Source of the DNA: Octopus vulgaris
Lineage: Eukaryota
DNA length: 64,000 nucleotides
Assembly (NCBI GenBank): GCA_951406725.2
Contig: OX597829.1
Coordinates: 34,286,001-34,350,000 of the forward strand
Reading direction: 5' to 3'
Below the pieces are notes generated by a model. The model did not search any database, was not told the origin of the DNA, and saw nothing but the letters and a program-made list of their open reading frames with translations. How positions within the stretch are numbered: the first letter of the stretch is position 1; the number at the start of each line of letters is the position of its first letter. Below are positions 13,214 to 26,903 of this stretch, piece by piece. The translations under genes and the position numbers were made by a program.

Positions 13214-14693
13214 TTGTTATACTGTGAGAAAAGCACTGTTGAAGTGTTAACTGAAATTTGGCATTGGAGGGTTGAATCTACACTATGCCTGCATGATGCC
13301 AATACAAATACATTGTGGAATACAAAATTTATCTACTGTCATGGAAAAAATGTAACTGTAAAAATGCAGAATTATTGGAGTAATGGGCATTCAAAAAAGT
13401 ATGTATGTATAGAAATGTATGAATGAAGTCTTTAAGGTTTAAGATTCAAATTAAGGAAGTGCAATAATAATGTTTAGCAGTTCAAAACTGTGAGTAGTGA
13501 AATGCAGAATTAGGTTGGCTGATCATTGGTTCAAAGTAATTGAACATAAACAATGAAATGGGTTATTTCCCTTGAGTGTTTAAAAAATATTCTGTAGGTG
13601 GTATGACTTATTTCCCTTGGGTGTTTAAAAAAAGAATAGAGATGTAAAGGTCTTCCTTTGGCCGTATTATCAATTTTTTCAACAATCTAAGTATGCCACG
13701 AGGTTTCCAGACAGTTTACTCACATGTCAAGTTTCATCAAAATCAATATAACGATGTAGGAAGAGCTAGTTAACAAAGCCACAAACACATATGTAGTAGA
13801 TGTATATATATATGTATGTGTGTGTGTGCATATATATGTATGTATGTATGTATATATATGTGTATATGTATGTATGTATATATATTTATATGTATGTATG
13901 TATGTCTAAATGTACGTATGTCAAATATGTTGTGAAATAAAATAATTTATCTACTGTCATGGAAAAAGTGTAACTGTAAAAATGCAGAATTATGGGAGTA
14001 ATGGGCATTCAAGAAAGTATGTATGTATAGAAATGTATGAATGAAGTCTTTAAGGTTTAAGATTCAAATTAAGGATGTGCAACAATAATGTTTAGCAGTT
14101 TAAAACTGAGTAGTGAAATGCAGAATTAGGTTGGCTAATTGTGAGAATCAAATATTGATCGCTTCGCTGAAAACTGCAGGCGGTATTGGTTATTTCCCTT
14201 GGGATGTTTAAATAAAATATTGTTAATATGTAGTAGATAGAAGAATCCAATGGAGGAGCCCTATTATCAATATTTTTCAACAATCTAAGTATGTCATGAG
14301 GTTTCCAGACATTTCTACTCGCATATCAAATAAAGTATAAAAGTGATATTGTCTGCAAAAATTAAAAATAGGACACACAAAAAATCAATATTCAACGTAA
14401 TTGATCATAAAGGATGAAATGGGTTATTTCCCCTGACTGTTTAAAAAAATAGTTATAGTGCTATGGGTTATTTCCCTTTGGTACTAAAAAAGCAAGTTCT
14501 TTGACGTAGATATAAAGGTCCTTTCCAGGGTCAGTATTAACAATATTTTCAACAATCTAAGTGTGTCATGAGGTTTCTAGACATGAGTTCTACTCATGTG
14601 TCACATTTCATAAAAATCTATAAAACGATGTAGGATGAGTTAGCTAACAATGCCACAAACAGACACACTGATTTTTCCACATATATAGTAGAT
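13214..14693 (-). mobile_element. Tandemly duplicated Helitron-like units
   Basis: ~190-bp direct repeat (13327-13520 vs 13946-14137); three copies of 'tttcaacaatctaagt..catgaggtttc.agac'; each unit ends 'tagtagat' (= ATCTACTA, a Helitron-type 5' end, on the minus strand) near 13800 and 14693. Confidence 0.55.
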
Positions 14694-14873
14694 ACATATA
14701 TCACCATCATCACCATCATTTAACGTCCGCTTTCCATGCTAGCATGAGTTGGACGATTTGACTGAGGTCTGGCGAACCAGACTCCAGTCTGATCTGGCAG
14801 AGTTTCTACAGCTGGATGCCCTTCGTAATATATGTATGTTTATATATATATATATATATGTGTATATATATAT

Positions 14874-14921
<48 letters not shown>

Positions 14922-14942
14922 TTATATATATCTATATTGATG

Positions 14943-14973
<31 letters not shown>

Positions 14974-14974
14974 G

Positions 14975-15200
14975 ATCATGTGACCGACCAGACCATCAGA
15001 TGTTGCTACACATCGCTAGTCACAATGCGCTTCGTATTGTTTTAGCCTTCGAATGACGCCACCACGCTGGCTAAGCGAGCAGGCCAACAGAAGGAAGAGT
15101 GGTGAAAGAGTACAGTAGGGATCACCACTACCTGCCAGAGCCTCGTGGAGATTTTAGGCGTTTTCGCTCAATAAACACAACATCCTGTCTGCCCTAGCCA
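14975..15200. mobile_element. Unclassified SINE-like interspersed repeat
   Basis: GC-richer discrete block between microsatellites; no coding frame. Confidence 0.35.
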
Positions 15201-15219
15201 CTGGGCCATTGCCCCTCCA

Positions 15220-15235
15220 CATGTATGTGTATGTA

Positions 15236-15272
<37 letters not shown>

Positions 15273-15406
15273 GTGTACATATATGTCTATATATGTGTAC
15301 ATATATGTCTATATATATACATATGTATATATATATACATGTATGTATATATATATATATGTATATACATATATATATATATGTATGTATATATACATAT
15401 GTATGT

Positions 15407-15440
<34 letters not shown>

Positions 15441-15497
15441 GTATATATATATATGTATATATATGTATGTATATATATGTATATATATGTATGTATG

Positions 15498-15530
<33 letters not shown>

Positions 15531-15552
15531 GTATGTATATATATATATATGT

Positions 15553-15586
<34 letters not shown>

Positions 15587-15880
15587 GTATGTATATATAT
15601 GTATATATATGTATGTATGTATGTATATATATGTATATATATGTATGTATGTATGTATATGTATATATATGTATGTATGTATGTATATATATGTATATAT
15701 ATGTATATATATATTTGTATATATATGTATGTATGTATATATATATATGCATATGTATGTATGTATATATATATATGCATATGTATGTATATATATATAT
15801 GTATGTATATATATATATGCATATGTATGTATATATATATATGTATGTATATATATGCATATGTATGTATATGTATATGC

Positions 15881-15912
<32 letters not shown>

Positions 15913-15990
15913 GCATATGTATGTATATGTATATGCATATGTATGTATATGCATATGTATGTATATATATGTATGCATATATATATCATC
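15220..15990. repeat. Compound (TA)n/(TATG)n microsatellite
   Basis: Read directly; similar tracts at 450-592, 1037-1222, 2717-3133, 16680-17210, 18965-19193. Confidence 0.96.
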
Positions 15991-16169
15991 ATCATCATCG
16001 TTTAGCATCCGCTTTCCATGCTAGCATGGGTTGGATGGTTCAACTGGGGTCTGGGAAGCCAGAAGGCTGCACCATGCCCAGTATGATCTGGCAATGTTTC
16101 TACGGCTGGATGCCCTTTCTAACACCAACCACTCCGTGAGTGTAGTGGGTGCTTTTTACGTGCCACTGG

Positions 16170-16680
16170 TAACATGTAACCCAGTACAACCTGTTGCATG
16201 GTAAGGTCGTCGGCAACTAAACCAGCAACCCCACCAAGCTTGCTTGGTGAGGAGAGTGTTTATTGGACACCCTGCGGGATGAAAAACAAAATCCGTCAAA
16301 GGGCGGAGGAACTCTTGGGAGTCAACGGCCATCCAATAAATGTCTTAAGGCTGTATCATGCGTGGGGACATAGAAATAATCGGACTGAATACCCGATCAT
16401 GCGGTTAAACCATTGGTAGTGAAGGACTCCTAGCCTTTGTTAGGGCATCCTTTTAGGAGAAGGTAACTCAGGTAACTGGGATAACTCCGACATAAAACCT
16501 GCAGCTCGGTGGTTACCGATGATGTTGACTTGTTCTTCTTTTCGGATTATGGCTGCCGCTGCTTAGTGAGTGGGATTGACTTTCCTCACTTTAAAAAAAA
16601 TCTTGCACAGGCATTGCACGATAACAACATTGATTAAGCTTCGCGCAATGGCCATACTTGATAACGAGGGGGCAGCCACC
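16170..16680 (+). mobile_element. Probable RTE-like LINE 5' UTR fragment
   Basis: 'gggcatcc..taggagaaggtaactc' resembles RTE 5' leaders; GC-rich and non-coding. Confidence 0.35.
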
Positions 16681-16785
16681 ATATATATGTATATATATAT
16701 ATATGTATATATATGTATGTATATATATCTATATATATATGTATATATATATGTATATATATGTATGTATATATATCTATATATA

Positions 16786-16848
<63 letters not shown>

Positions 16849-17271
16849 GTATATTGTATGTATATATGTATGTATGTATATTGTATGTATATATATATGT
16901 ATGTATGTATATTTATATGTATGTATATATCTATGTATGTATGTATATGTGTGTATGTATATATATATGTATGTATATGTATGTATATGTGTATATGTAT
17001 GTATATATATATATGTATGTATTATATATGTGTATATATATATATATGTATGTGTATATGTACTTGTATATATATATGTCTATATGTATGTGTATATGTA
17101 CATGTATATATATGTCTATATGTATGTGTATATGTGTGTGTGTGTATGTATGTGTATATATATATGTATGTATTTATATATATGTACATATGTATGTATA
17201 TATATGCATATCATCATCATTTAACGTCCGCTTTCCATGCTGGTATGGGTTGGACGATTTGACTGAGGACT

Positions 17272-17955
17272 ATCTTGAATTCCTCTGTTATTGCCTGGAG
17301 GACTATGATAAATAGGAGAGGTCTGAGGACTGAACCTCGATGGACCCCTACCTCTACCTGGAATTCTTCACAGTACTCGTTGCCAATCCTCACCTTATTG
17401 ACAGTGTCCCTGTACATGGCTTGCACAGCTCTCACTAACCATTCATCTATCCCTAGTTTCTTCATTGACCACCAGATAAGGGATCGGGGAACCCTTTCAA
17501 TGGCTGTCTCCATGTCAATGAAAGCCAGGTACAGACGGTTATCTTTGGCTAGGTATTTTTCCTGCAGCTGTCTTACCAGAAATATTGCATCAGTGGTGCT
17601 TTTCCCTGGCACGAACCCAAACTACATCTCATCTAAACTGACTCTCTCTCTAATTAGTTGGGCTATTACCCTCTCCATGACCTTCATTACCTGATCGAAC
17701 AACTTGATACCTCTGTAATTATGCGTATCTAAAGCATCATCTTTACCTTTGTAGCAGTTGATTATGGTGCTACTACACCAGTCATTGGGTATGACTCCTT
17801 AGTGTCTCACCCGGTTAACTATATGGGTGACTAGGCTATAGCCAACACCGCCAGATATTTTGAGCATCTCTGCAGTTATTCCTGATGGGCTGATAGCTTT
17901 CCCTGTGTTCATACTCTTAATTGCTTTATCTACCAAGGTACTGTCAATTCAGATA
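17272..17955 (-). mobile_element. RTE-clade LINE reverse-transcriptase fragment
   Basis: ORF 17217-17612: PGKSTTDAIFLVRQLQEKY...LAFID...RVPR...[13 protein letters not shown]. Upstream 'KGKDDAL..NYRGIKLFDQVMKVMERV'. Confidence 0.92.
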
Positions 17956-17989
17956 GCGCTTTATCTACGAAAGTACTGTCAAATATGTA

Positions 17990-18028
<39 letters not shown>

Positions 18029-18174
18029 GTATACCTGTATTTATATGTATATATATATTATATGGTAATAATGGAATCTTTTAGAAATTTCTGTCGACCT
18101 TTTTTCGAGTAGCGTGCATATTGTGTAAAATTATATGGTTATGGACAATATGTCCAATTTCGGCATATTTGGCA

Positions 18175-18960
18175 TTAGAAATTTTTTCGTTTGCCCTTAT
18201 TTATAAGTTGTTTATATATATATATATATATATGTTTATATATGTATATATATTCAATATGTGACTGTATGTGTATCGTTGGTGATTTTCTTTCTCCGTC
18301 TTCCCTTCCTTGGACCTTCCCTTTTTCTATGTTTCTGACGAAGTGCTCTGGTTGAAACGTTAATTCCTCCTTCTTTCTTTCCTTTCCTGAGCATCCAATA
18401 CCACTATACTTGTTCCACATCCTTGCGTTGTTGTGGTTTCTCTTTGTGTTTTCATGCCTGGATTAACTATATATATTTATTTATGTATATATATATATAT
18501 ATATATACACATACATACATATATACATGTTAAGCTGCCTGTTAAAGGCAGCTTCTCTTGTGTTAAATGCACACTATTTTATGTGTGTGAGTGTGTGTGC
18601 GTGTGTGTGCACTGACCATTTCCCAGCCCCACATCTTCACACCTACACACATTCACACGTGAATGTCACCAGCTCTCTTCCACACACACACGCATACTCT
18701 CTTATACACACGCACGTGCACTTTTTTTGGGGATCGCCACTATTTTATTATCTCCTCTTCTTCCTAGCTCTCCTGTGTGACTCTTCCATCCAGCATCTGC
18801 CATGATAGGTCGCTAGCCTCTACACATTCTTTATTTTCTCTCCTTGTTTCTTTCTGTGGAAGAGTGTAGGCTCAAAACTTTAAATTCCTGAGCGTTAAAC
18901 TAATACATCTGTATGTTGCCTACACCACGTGTCTTCATCTTTTGTTTTTTTTGTGAATTC
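18175..18960 (+). mobile_element. Penelope pseudo-LTR remnants with decayed hammerhead motifs
   Basis: CTGACGA...GAAACGTT at 18335-18361 and CTGTGGA-A-GAGT-gtag-GCTC-AAAA at 18854-18877. 18750-18910 is homologous (inverted) to 29770-29950 at the 3' end of a Penelope ORF remnant. Confidence 0.6.
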
Positions 18961-18964
18961 TCCC

Positions 18965-19022
<58 letters not shown>

Positions 19023-19065
19023 CATACATATATATACACCCACACACATATATATATGTACATAC

Positions 19066-19100
<35 letters not shown>

Positions 19101-19150
19101 CACACACACATATATATATATATACACACACACATACATGTTTACACACT

Positions 19151-19188
<38 letters not shown>

Positions 19189-19201
19189 CACATAGACTAT
19201 C

Positions 19202-19459
19202 CATGTAGATAAAGCAATTAAAGGTATGAAGCCAGGAAAAGCTCCTGGCCCATCAGGAATCACTACTGAGATGCTTAAAACATCTGGTGGTATGGGCTAT
19301 GGTCCAGTCACCCATATTGTTAGCCAGGTTGTTCGTGATGAAGCCATACCTAAATGCTGGCGTAGGAGCACCAGAGTCAACTGCCACAAGGGTAAAGGTG
19401 ATGCTTTAGATAGAAATAACTATAGGGATATGAAACTGCTGGATCAGGTGATGAAGGTC
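19202..19459 (+). mobile_element. RTE LINE RT fragment
   Basis: MKPGKAPGPSGITTEMLK...IPKCW...KGKGDALDRNNYRDMKLLDQVMKV. Confidence 0.88.
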
Positions 19460-19504
19460 AAAAGAAAGAAAGAGACCTCAATATTATGTAAATAGAGGAA
19501 ATTT

Positions 19505-19601
19505 ATCTGTAAAATAATATGTGACAATTATTCAATAGCCAAGATAAAACTCAGAGTTTTATCTTGGCTATTGAATAATTGTCACATATTATTTTACAGA
19601 T
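19505..19601. repeat. ~97-bp perfect palindrome with a ~45-bp left tail
   Basis: tatctgtaaaataatatgtgacaattattcaatagccaagataaaactc-a-gagttttatcttggctattgaataattgtcacatattattttacagata. Confidence 0.9.
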
Positions 19602-21689
19602 ATATATATATATTGATAAAAACAGCAAGATGACAATCTAATATGTTATACTGAGATATTTTGTGTAATTGTATTTCACCTGTGTTTACACTCACACACA
19701 CACACTGTGATAGTAGAGGGATGTAGGTAAGAGGAGAAACGATTTGGTAGATAGAATGTGGGGCTAAGTGAAGTTAACCTTTTTTAAATGCATATAATTT
19801 GAATATAATTTGTTAGACTTATTTATATATCTTCCTATAATTACATTGAAATGACATTTATTGTCAGGTGTAGACTGGTGCAATTGACATAATCAGATGA
19901 GTTACAAAGTACATTCATTAAAGTGTGAATTCTGTTGTGGCTTAATCTACCTGTCAGTAAAAGATGTATGCTTTTCTTAGATAGAATACATTACGAAAAT
20001 TGAAGTTCACAATGTTCTTCAGGTTTAATTTTTAACATTATTTTCTGATACATTCAATTCTCACTTTTGTGTAGAAAATGAAAGTAGAGTGGAAATGTGC
20101 TGTGAATTAGTATAAGAAAGCCAGTATTCAGAATACTGTTTTTATTAGGATTCTTTTTTTTTTTTTGCTTCACTACCAATTATAATCCTGAGTTGTCATT
20201 CTTTTATATTATTATTAGAGTGTAACTCAGTTGAAACATTTGTGAAAAATGTGTTTTCGATAATATAAGGATAATAGGTAAGAAAATGTAATAAGCTATT
20301 TATTTACAGCTTAACTGGTTTCTCTAGAAATGTTGGAGGAAACTAGAAAATGAGAAATTTATAGGTGTGACTAGTTTAGTTTATAATCTCTAACAAACAG
20401 ATTTTATACATGAGAGCATGCTACTTATAAACGTCAAGTATGTTTAACCTAGAAGAATTTCTGGATTTGTTTTTGTATTTTATCAAACAACTATGTTGAA
20501 CTGGGTTGAGCAGTAAAAAGAGAGATTCTTATATGCCATCATTGAAAAATGGTATAAAGCTTTAGGACACATTTTAGGACATGAAAGTAATAAAGATTGG
20601 TTGAAATCATATAATAAAAGTTATTTGGTCAATAAAGCTAAAAAGACATACACAGCAGGGAAAATAAATAGGAAGCTTAAATTCGACATCATGTATGAAG
20701 AATTTCATTAAAAAATATAAATGCAGTTAAATCAACTACAGAAATCCACTATATGATAAGTCACTATTTTCATTAACATGATGATGATCATCATGATGGT
20801 GGTGGTGGCAGTGGCGACAGCTACTGTTGCTGGCGTACACTTGTCAGATGAGTAGTTATGATAGGTATATTGGGCTTTGTATATTTGCGCCCCCTCCTTG
20901 TCACTTTAATGGCATGCATTGCTCTCTCACTCATTATAATAATAATATTAATATTTTGTTTTGGGATTTCGTTTCCAAGATTCTTTCTATGAGTTTGTGT
21001 TTTGAAGCATATTCTGTTGTGTCTTGGGAGAGTCATTTTTCTTTTTGTGCCTTATAACGTAACATACTCACCAGTAAAATTTCCACTTATTTCTTATTTT
21101 TATTTTCCTAAAATTTTTATTGCATCTTGCAACCTTTTCAATAGTTTTGACTCTGTCCGTTATTTACACTGCATTCCTTTTTGTTTGTTTGTGCGCATGT
21201 GTGTGGGTCAGTGTGTGCATGCATGTACATATGTACGTGTTTATGCATGTATGCATGTGTATGTATGTATATATGTGTGTGTATGCATAACCCATGCTAG
21301 CATGGAAAGCGGACGTTAAATGATGATGATGATGATGATGATGTATGTATGTGTGTGCATCTGTATGTATGGATGTGCATCTCTATATGTGTGGGTCCAT
21401 GTTTCCATATGTTTCCCTGTGCGGAGTAGTGTGTGTGTGTATATATGGTCATGTGTTTCAGTCTCCATCATTTGCGTATGTGTGCTTGTCTGTTCTTATA
21501 AACTATGTACCTATCCGTCTGTATGTTGACCTGCTTATTTTCATATCCATATACTTACATAAAAAAAAAATACATGTGCATACACACCCACTCACACCCA
21601 CACACATACATACATCTCTCTACATAACAGTCCACTAAATATTCTACTCTACCTATGTAAATTGTGGGTATGGAGGTATGGTATTCACT

Positions 21690-22390
21690 ATGTATATTTC
21701 CTATTTAGTATTGGAGAGGTTTCATTTATAAGGACGTACTCCCGTATTTGTCTGAGTGTTGTGTCTTTTGGATGCTTGGATAAGATGCAGATGTCAAGTT
21801 GACCCAAGTTGCCTCCATGGTGGTCTTTGGCATGTTGGTAGAGTATGGAGGACTGTTTTTTGTCGTCATATTGTCTCAGATGTTCATTTATCCGTTCTGC
21901 AATGCTCCTAGATGTCTCCCCTATGTACGTCATGTTTATGTCTTTACAAGCACCCTCTATACATCTTATGCCGTAAACCACATTTCGAGTTCTACAGTTA
22001 ATGCCAGGGCTAATCCTACATACCATGCAGTTATCATTGGTGCATATGGTATTCTCCTACATAGTTGTGATCTGACTGAGTTCCCTGGCTTTTCAACAAT
22101 TTTAATGTTAAGTTTGGTCTCCTTCAGAGCTTTTCTAAATCTATGGGTTAGTTCTCCATGGGCTGTGGTCTCTACAAACATCACTCCTTGATATTTGTCA
22201 GTTTTATACCATGTGTTCGCCCTGTTTGCTTTGTCACAAGTTCTTTGTATCCTATTCCAGTCTTTGTTTCTATATCAAGGGCAGGTACCACTGATATCAT
22301 TACGTATAATGTTGTCTAATGTCTTTCTAGCTCCCTTGTATACTCGAACCCTATCTTTCTGATCATATCCAGAGAACTGCATGCGGTAAA
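21690..22390 (-). mobile_element. Penelope-like element: RT thumb, Cys linker and GIY-YIG endonuclease
   Basis: RMQFSGY...VMFVETT.HGEL...IKIVEKPG, a frameshift, then CTNDNCMVC...CRTRNVVYGIRC...YIGETSRSIAERINEH...RQIREYVLI...LNRK. Confidence 0.88.
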
Positions 22391-22402
22391 TACAATTGCC
22401 TT

Positions 22403-22708
22403 AAGTATGAAATAGCCCAGCTATGGAAAATGAAGATAGTGCCAATTATTGTTGGGTTCTTGGCTACAGTGTCAGAAGGCATCAAGAGGAATATAAAGGA
22501 AATTGGAATAGAGTGCCCACTAGAACTGTTACAAACGGTTTACCTCCCTGGTATGACCAGAATAATCAGGAAAGTATTAGATAGCTAAAAAGAACAGAAA
22601 GCCTGGTGCTGTAGGCAGCATGCCCGCTTATGCATGCAAGACCCCCTGGAGATCCAACAAAATCTGTGATAAAAAAGAACTAATAATAATAATAATAATA
22701 ATAATAAT
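22403..22708 (+). mobile_element. 3' end of an R4/Dong-type (restriction-like endonuclease) non-LTR retrotransposon
   Basis: KYEIAQLWKMKIVPIIVGFLATV...LLQTVYLPGMTRIIRKVLDS* followed by a short UTR and a (TAA)n tail. Confidence 0.7.
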
Positions 22709-23822
22709 CAGTACCTCCACTAGCAGCACTTATCTACTGCAATTTGCACTTGTTCCAGATATGTCACATATTCTACTTCATCATCAATGTCTGAAGTTCA
22801 TCAACAATCATAACAATATTGCCATGGTTTTGAAAGGATACTCATGATTCATCTCTCATGGGTTAGTACTTGGATGATGATTTTGCTAGTGGGCATCTGG
22901 GTGAGGCCATCATAAAGTTACACATTGTTAATTTCCTCCATAAAACTTACTTTGAAAGCCATCTGCATTAGCTTTGAGGGATTTGGCCATGAACTTTGTG
23001 AGGCTGCAAGTTACAAGTACAAGTAATCAAGGTAATTCTTTACCTTGATTGCTACTTTCCAGGCATGGCTTCTAGCAGTAGGATATTATGAAATGGACAT
23101 AAATTTATTATGTTAAAATCAAATATTTTTATTAATTTACGAGCGTGATCATTGACAGAACAGCTAATCGGCTTCCATGTCAGTGGCACATAAAAGGAAC
23201 CATTTGAGTGTGATCGTTACCAGCGTCGCCTTACTAGCACTTGTGCCCTGTGCTAGTAGGGTGCCAAGAGCACCATCCGAGCGTGATCATTGCCAGCATT
23301 GCCTTACTGGCACCTGTGCCATTGGCATGTGTAAAAAGATTCGAGCGTGGTCATTGCCAGTACCGCCTGACTGGCCCCCGTGCCGGTGGCACGTAAAAGC
23401 ACCCACTACACTCTCAGAGTGGTTGGCGTTAGGAAGGGCATCCAGCTGTAGAAACTCTGCCAGATCAAGACTGGAGCCTGGTGCAGCCATCTGGTTTGCC
23501 AGCCTTCAGTCAAACCATCCAACCCATGCAAGCATGGAAAGCAGACGTTAAACGATGATGATGATGATGATTGTAAAGCGGAAAAATATATACTGATTAT
23601 CTCATCTAAGTTATACCAAAACAGCATCATAATGATCTTACCAAAGTTAAAGATAATCTATATTGTCAAAGATAATCTATATTTTGCAGTCCTTCCATTA
23701 ACTTTATAAGAGTGGTAAAACAAAATTGGTGTGACTGTTGAAATTATTTGTTAAAAATCTATCTTATTGAAATGTATCTCATGTTTTTGGTTTGTGTGAT
23801 TTTTATCTACTGAATGTGCATA

Positions 23823-24597
23823 CTGTAAAAACCCACGTAATTTATGCACTCTTTTTCACAAAAACAAAAATAAACTTTGGTAGGTGTGTAAATTACATAA
23901 GTAGATCATTTCCAGATTTTTTTAGAAATTTTTTTTGTTGGAAAATGACAAACAAATGTACAAACATTTGTATTGGAAGTTGACTCATATAATGTCAGAA
24001 TAGGTTTTTACAGAAAAAATATAATGAAGTTGACTTTTATTTATGCTGGACAGTATAATGCTTACTTTTTCTGTATAAATTAACTAAAACGATTAAATGG
24101 TTAACTACTGTCGGTTGAGTAAAGTGTCATCCAAGCTGGTGTTTATTGGTAAATTAAACTTATTTTGCAACACTTGTGCATATTTATCAGCTTTGTTTTT
24201 GTTAATGATAATTATCAACAACTCTTCCTGTGGTTGTGATTCGAGAAGACATACAGCAGTATGCTAAAACCGAACATAATCTCTTGTGGGCAAGAAGTGT
24301 AAGATAAAGTTTATTATAAACAACACAAACACTTCATAATTTAATAGCTTTCAATGTGATACCTGTTAAACAGAAATTATTTTTATTTAATGAAAATTTA
24401 ATAAAAATCTAACCATAAGTAAGTGAAATTATACCAAATACAACTAAATTGAAAACCTTTCCCCCTGACTATATCGACAATTCTGAAAACTTTTGGGTGC
24501 GAATTTTACATGAGTAGAAGCTTTTTTTTAAACAATTTTATCCCAAAAATCACCTGCGTAAATTACAAAGGTGCGCAGTTTACATGGATTTTTATGG
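23823..24597. mobile_element. Tc1/mariner-pogo-type MITE
   Basis: TA|CTGTAAAAACCCACGTAA...GCAC and the inverted GTGC...TTACATGGATTTTTATGG|TA; TA flanks; no ORF. Confidence 0.7.
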
Positions 24598-24813
24598 TAT
24601 TTTAATTGTGGCCACTCTATATATGTTCTCTCTGCTCATGAGGTGAGGAAGGAACATGATTGAATTGAGGATGATCTATTTCTTGATCATATAGCAAGAT
24701 ACATTGGTAAAGCAAATTCTAATGTTTTCTGGATTTTCATGTAACCATTCATTGTTCAGTTTTAACACAAAATTTTTCTAAGACTGGATACTAAATAGTT
24801 TTTTAAATACTAC

Positions 24814-25825
24814 TGTTAGTGTGGAGTTTCGGTGACATATTTCTCCTCTTGTACAACGCCCGGCCGCATCCCAACATAACATACATAACATAATATTATA
24901 TAATATTATATAAGCCATAATACATGTTTATAAACAGTGCCAAAGTATATGAAATAAGGACTCCAAAAACCGTTCTACTTTTATAAAGAGAAGATAGATT
25001 TTATTCACAGTGTACAAAGTGATTTGTTATTATTAGCGTAGTGTTGTGTCATGAATGCATGCTTATAATATTTGTGTATGTGTGTTCGTGTGTGCGACAG
25101 AAGTACAGAAATAAGGTGTATGTAAATACAACAGAGCATGAGAGAAGTCTCAACATTTTGAGTTAAAATGAAGTTATTTTAGAGTTATTTTACCAGTTCA
25201 TGTAGTACACGATAATGAGTTCTATACAAGATTTGAGTCTCAGAGCTGAGATTAGTTGAGTCACTTGTTGTGCATATTTTTCTCTTGATATAGATATTCT
25301 TTCAGATATATATACTGCAACTGTTTTTCCGTGGTGAGATTTTTACACTAACAGCATGAGTTGAATCTGTATTTATCTTGTGTACAAGTTGAAATCTTCA
25401 TAGATGGAGACGATGTTGGTTATGACGTTATGTCTGTTGCTGGTTTACAATAGCGTCTTCATATTATGGTTGGCTTGGCTGTCGTCTGTCTTTCGAACTG
25501 GAACATGGTTGAGTAAGCTCTGTGTGGTCTCCGACCAAGACCTGAAAAGGTCTTAAGCCGAAAGACGCTGAATCGTGATATGATCAGCCTATTTAAAGAG
25601 TTAAGATGGCTCAAATGAAAAGTCCTATCCGAAAACCGTGATTGGTCAGTTTACACACTGGCGTGAAATAAGTAGAGAGACAGACCGTGCTTAGATGCTA
25701 ACCAATCGGATCAGTGGACACAACAAGGTTAAACTAGCCAAAGATGTTTGTAATCTCAAACGAGATCATTTTTACTATTTTTCTCAAACAGTGAAGATAG
25801 CAATGAAGAAAACAATATTGCTACA
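24814..25825. mobile_element. Solo LTR
   Basis: TGTTAG...CTACA termini flanked by a 4-bp CTAC duplication (24810-24813, 25826-25829). Shares 'ctaaccaatc.ga..agtggacacaa' with 39551-39576. Confidence 0.62.
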
Positions 25826-26777
25826 CTACCTATCTTAGCATTTTAAATATAGCTCTGTATATTCTTGCATGGCTGCAAATTGATTAATTCCTTATGAGGA
25901 AATCTGTTATGTTTATATATATTTGTGTGTGTTGGCAAAAGACATAAAACTGAGACAACAGAAGATCCAGTGTTTCAACTAAAAATACTTTGTGGTATTT
26001 GTTTCATCTGATTTATTCCTTGAGTATTTAAACTGGTCATATCCAGTCCTTATGTTCTACCTATACTATGTTCAAACTGATCACATCTGGCCTCTCACAT
26101 CTACACTACCATTTTAAAAATAAACAACCACATCTTTGAAACCTCAAAGTTACAAGCTAATGTACGATTAATTTGAAACAATGTGAATGAACAAACATTG
26201 CATTTGATAAAGTAATCTAAATGCTAAAGGGTTGTACAGATGATAATGTGAACTATTTATTGACTTGTTCAAAATCTGTAACCACCAATATTATTATTCA
26301 TCAAATTTGATATCTGAATGCATGAAATCTTGAATTCTTTCTGTCATTTCTGTGGTGAATAAATTATTATTGAATTGTGAAATGCTTACATTTTGAAATA
26401 TATGTAGATATAAAGTGAACATAGAATTGAGATAAAAGAATGAAGTGAGGTACATGACAGAGTTTGAAAACATTTATAATTTAAATCTTAGTTTTCTTTT
26501 CTTTCAGTGGTATTTCATCTGTCTTTACATTTTGAGTTCTAATTCTACCAAGGTCAGCTATGCTTTTCATCCTTTGAGTTTAATAAAATAAGTATTAGTT
26601 GAGCACAGTTTCCCTACCTCTTAAGATTGCTGACCTTGTGCCAAAGGAAGAAATGATTATTTTAAAATAGGTTTTTTTTCAAATGAGCTTGCTTTGTATG
26701 TAGACCAAAAAGAAAAAAAAAACTCATACATTGTAATAAATTAAGATTTTTCATTTTAAAACTTCTTTAAATTTCAG

Positions 26778-26903
26778 CTTGATTCAATATTTCGGCGTAA
26801 TGTCAGTCCTCATCCAAGTAAAGAAGATGAACACAATGGGATTGAGAGTCCACCAGATAGTCTTTCAGAGCTTGAATTCAGTCAAAAATTTGAAGCATTT
26901 CTT
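26778..26903 (+). CDS. DIAPH: Diaphanous-related formin, first coding exon visible in the window (start of GTPase-binding region)
   Basis: tttcAG acceptor and GTAAGT donor; 126 nt, phase 0/0. Encodes LDSIFRRNVSPHPSKEDEHNGIESPPDSLSELEFSQKFEAFL, which joins in frame to NELNLNEEKK (cf. Diaphanous 'FEQMLxDMNLNEEK'). Confidence 0.82.

Noticed and set aside
16168-16230. HDV-like ribozyme at the RTE-like leader ('gtcgtcggcaactaa')
   Set aside because: Could not build P1 and P2 pairings by eye; needs a descriptor search on the consensus.
25543-25570. CTGAAAA-GGT..GCC-GAAA hammerhead-like string in the solo LTR
   Set aside because: Uncompensated C3-A8 mismatch and no stem I or cleavage triplet.
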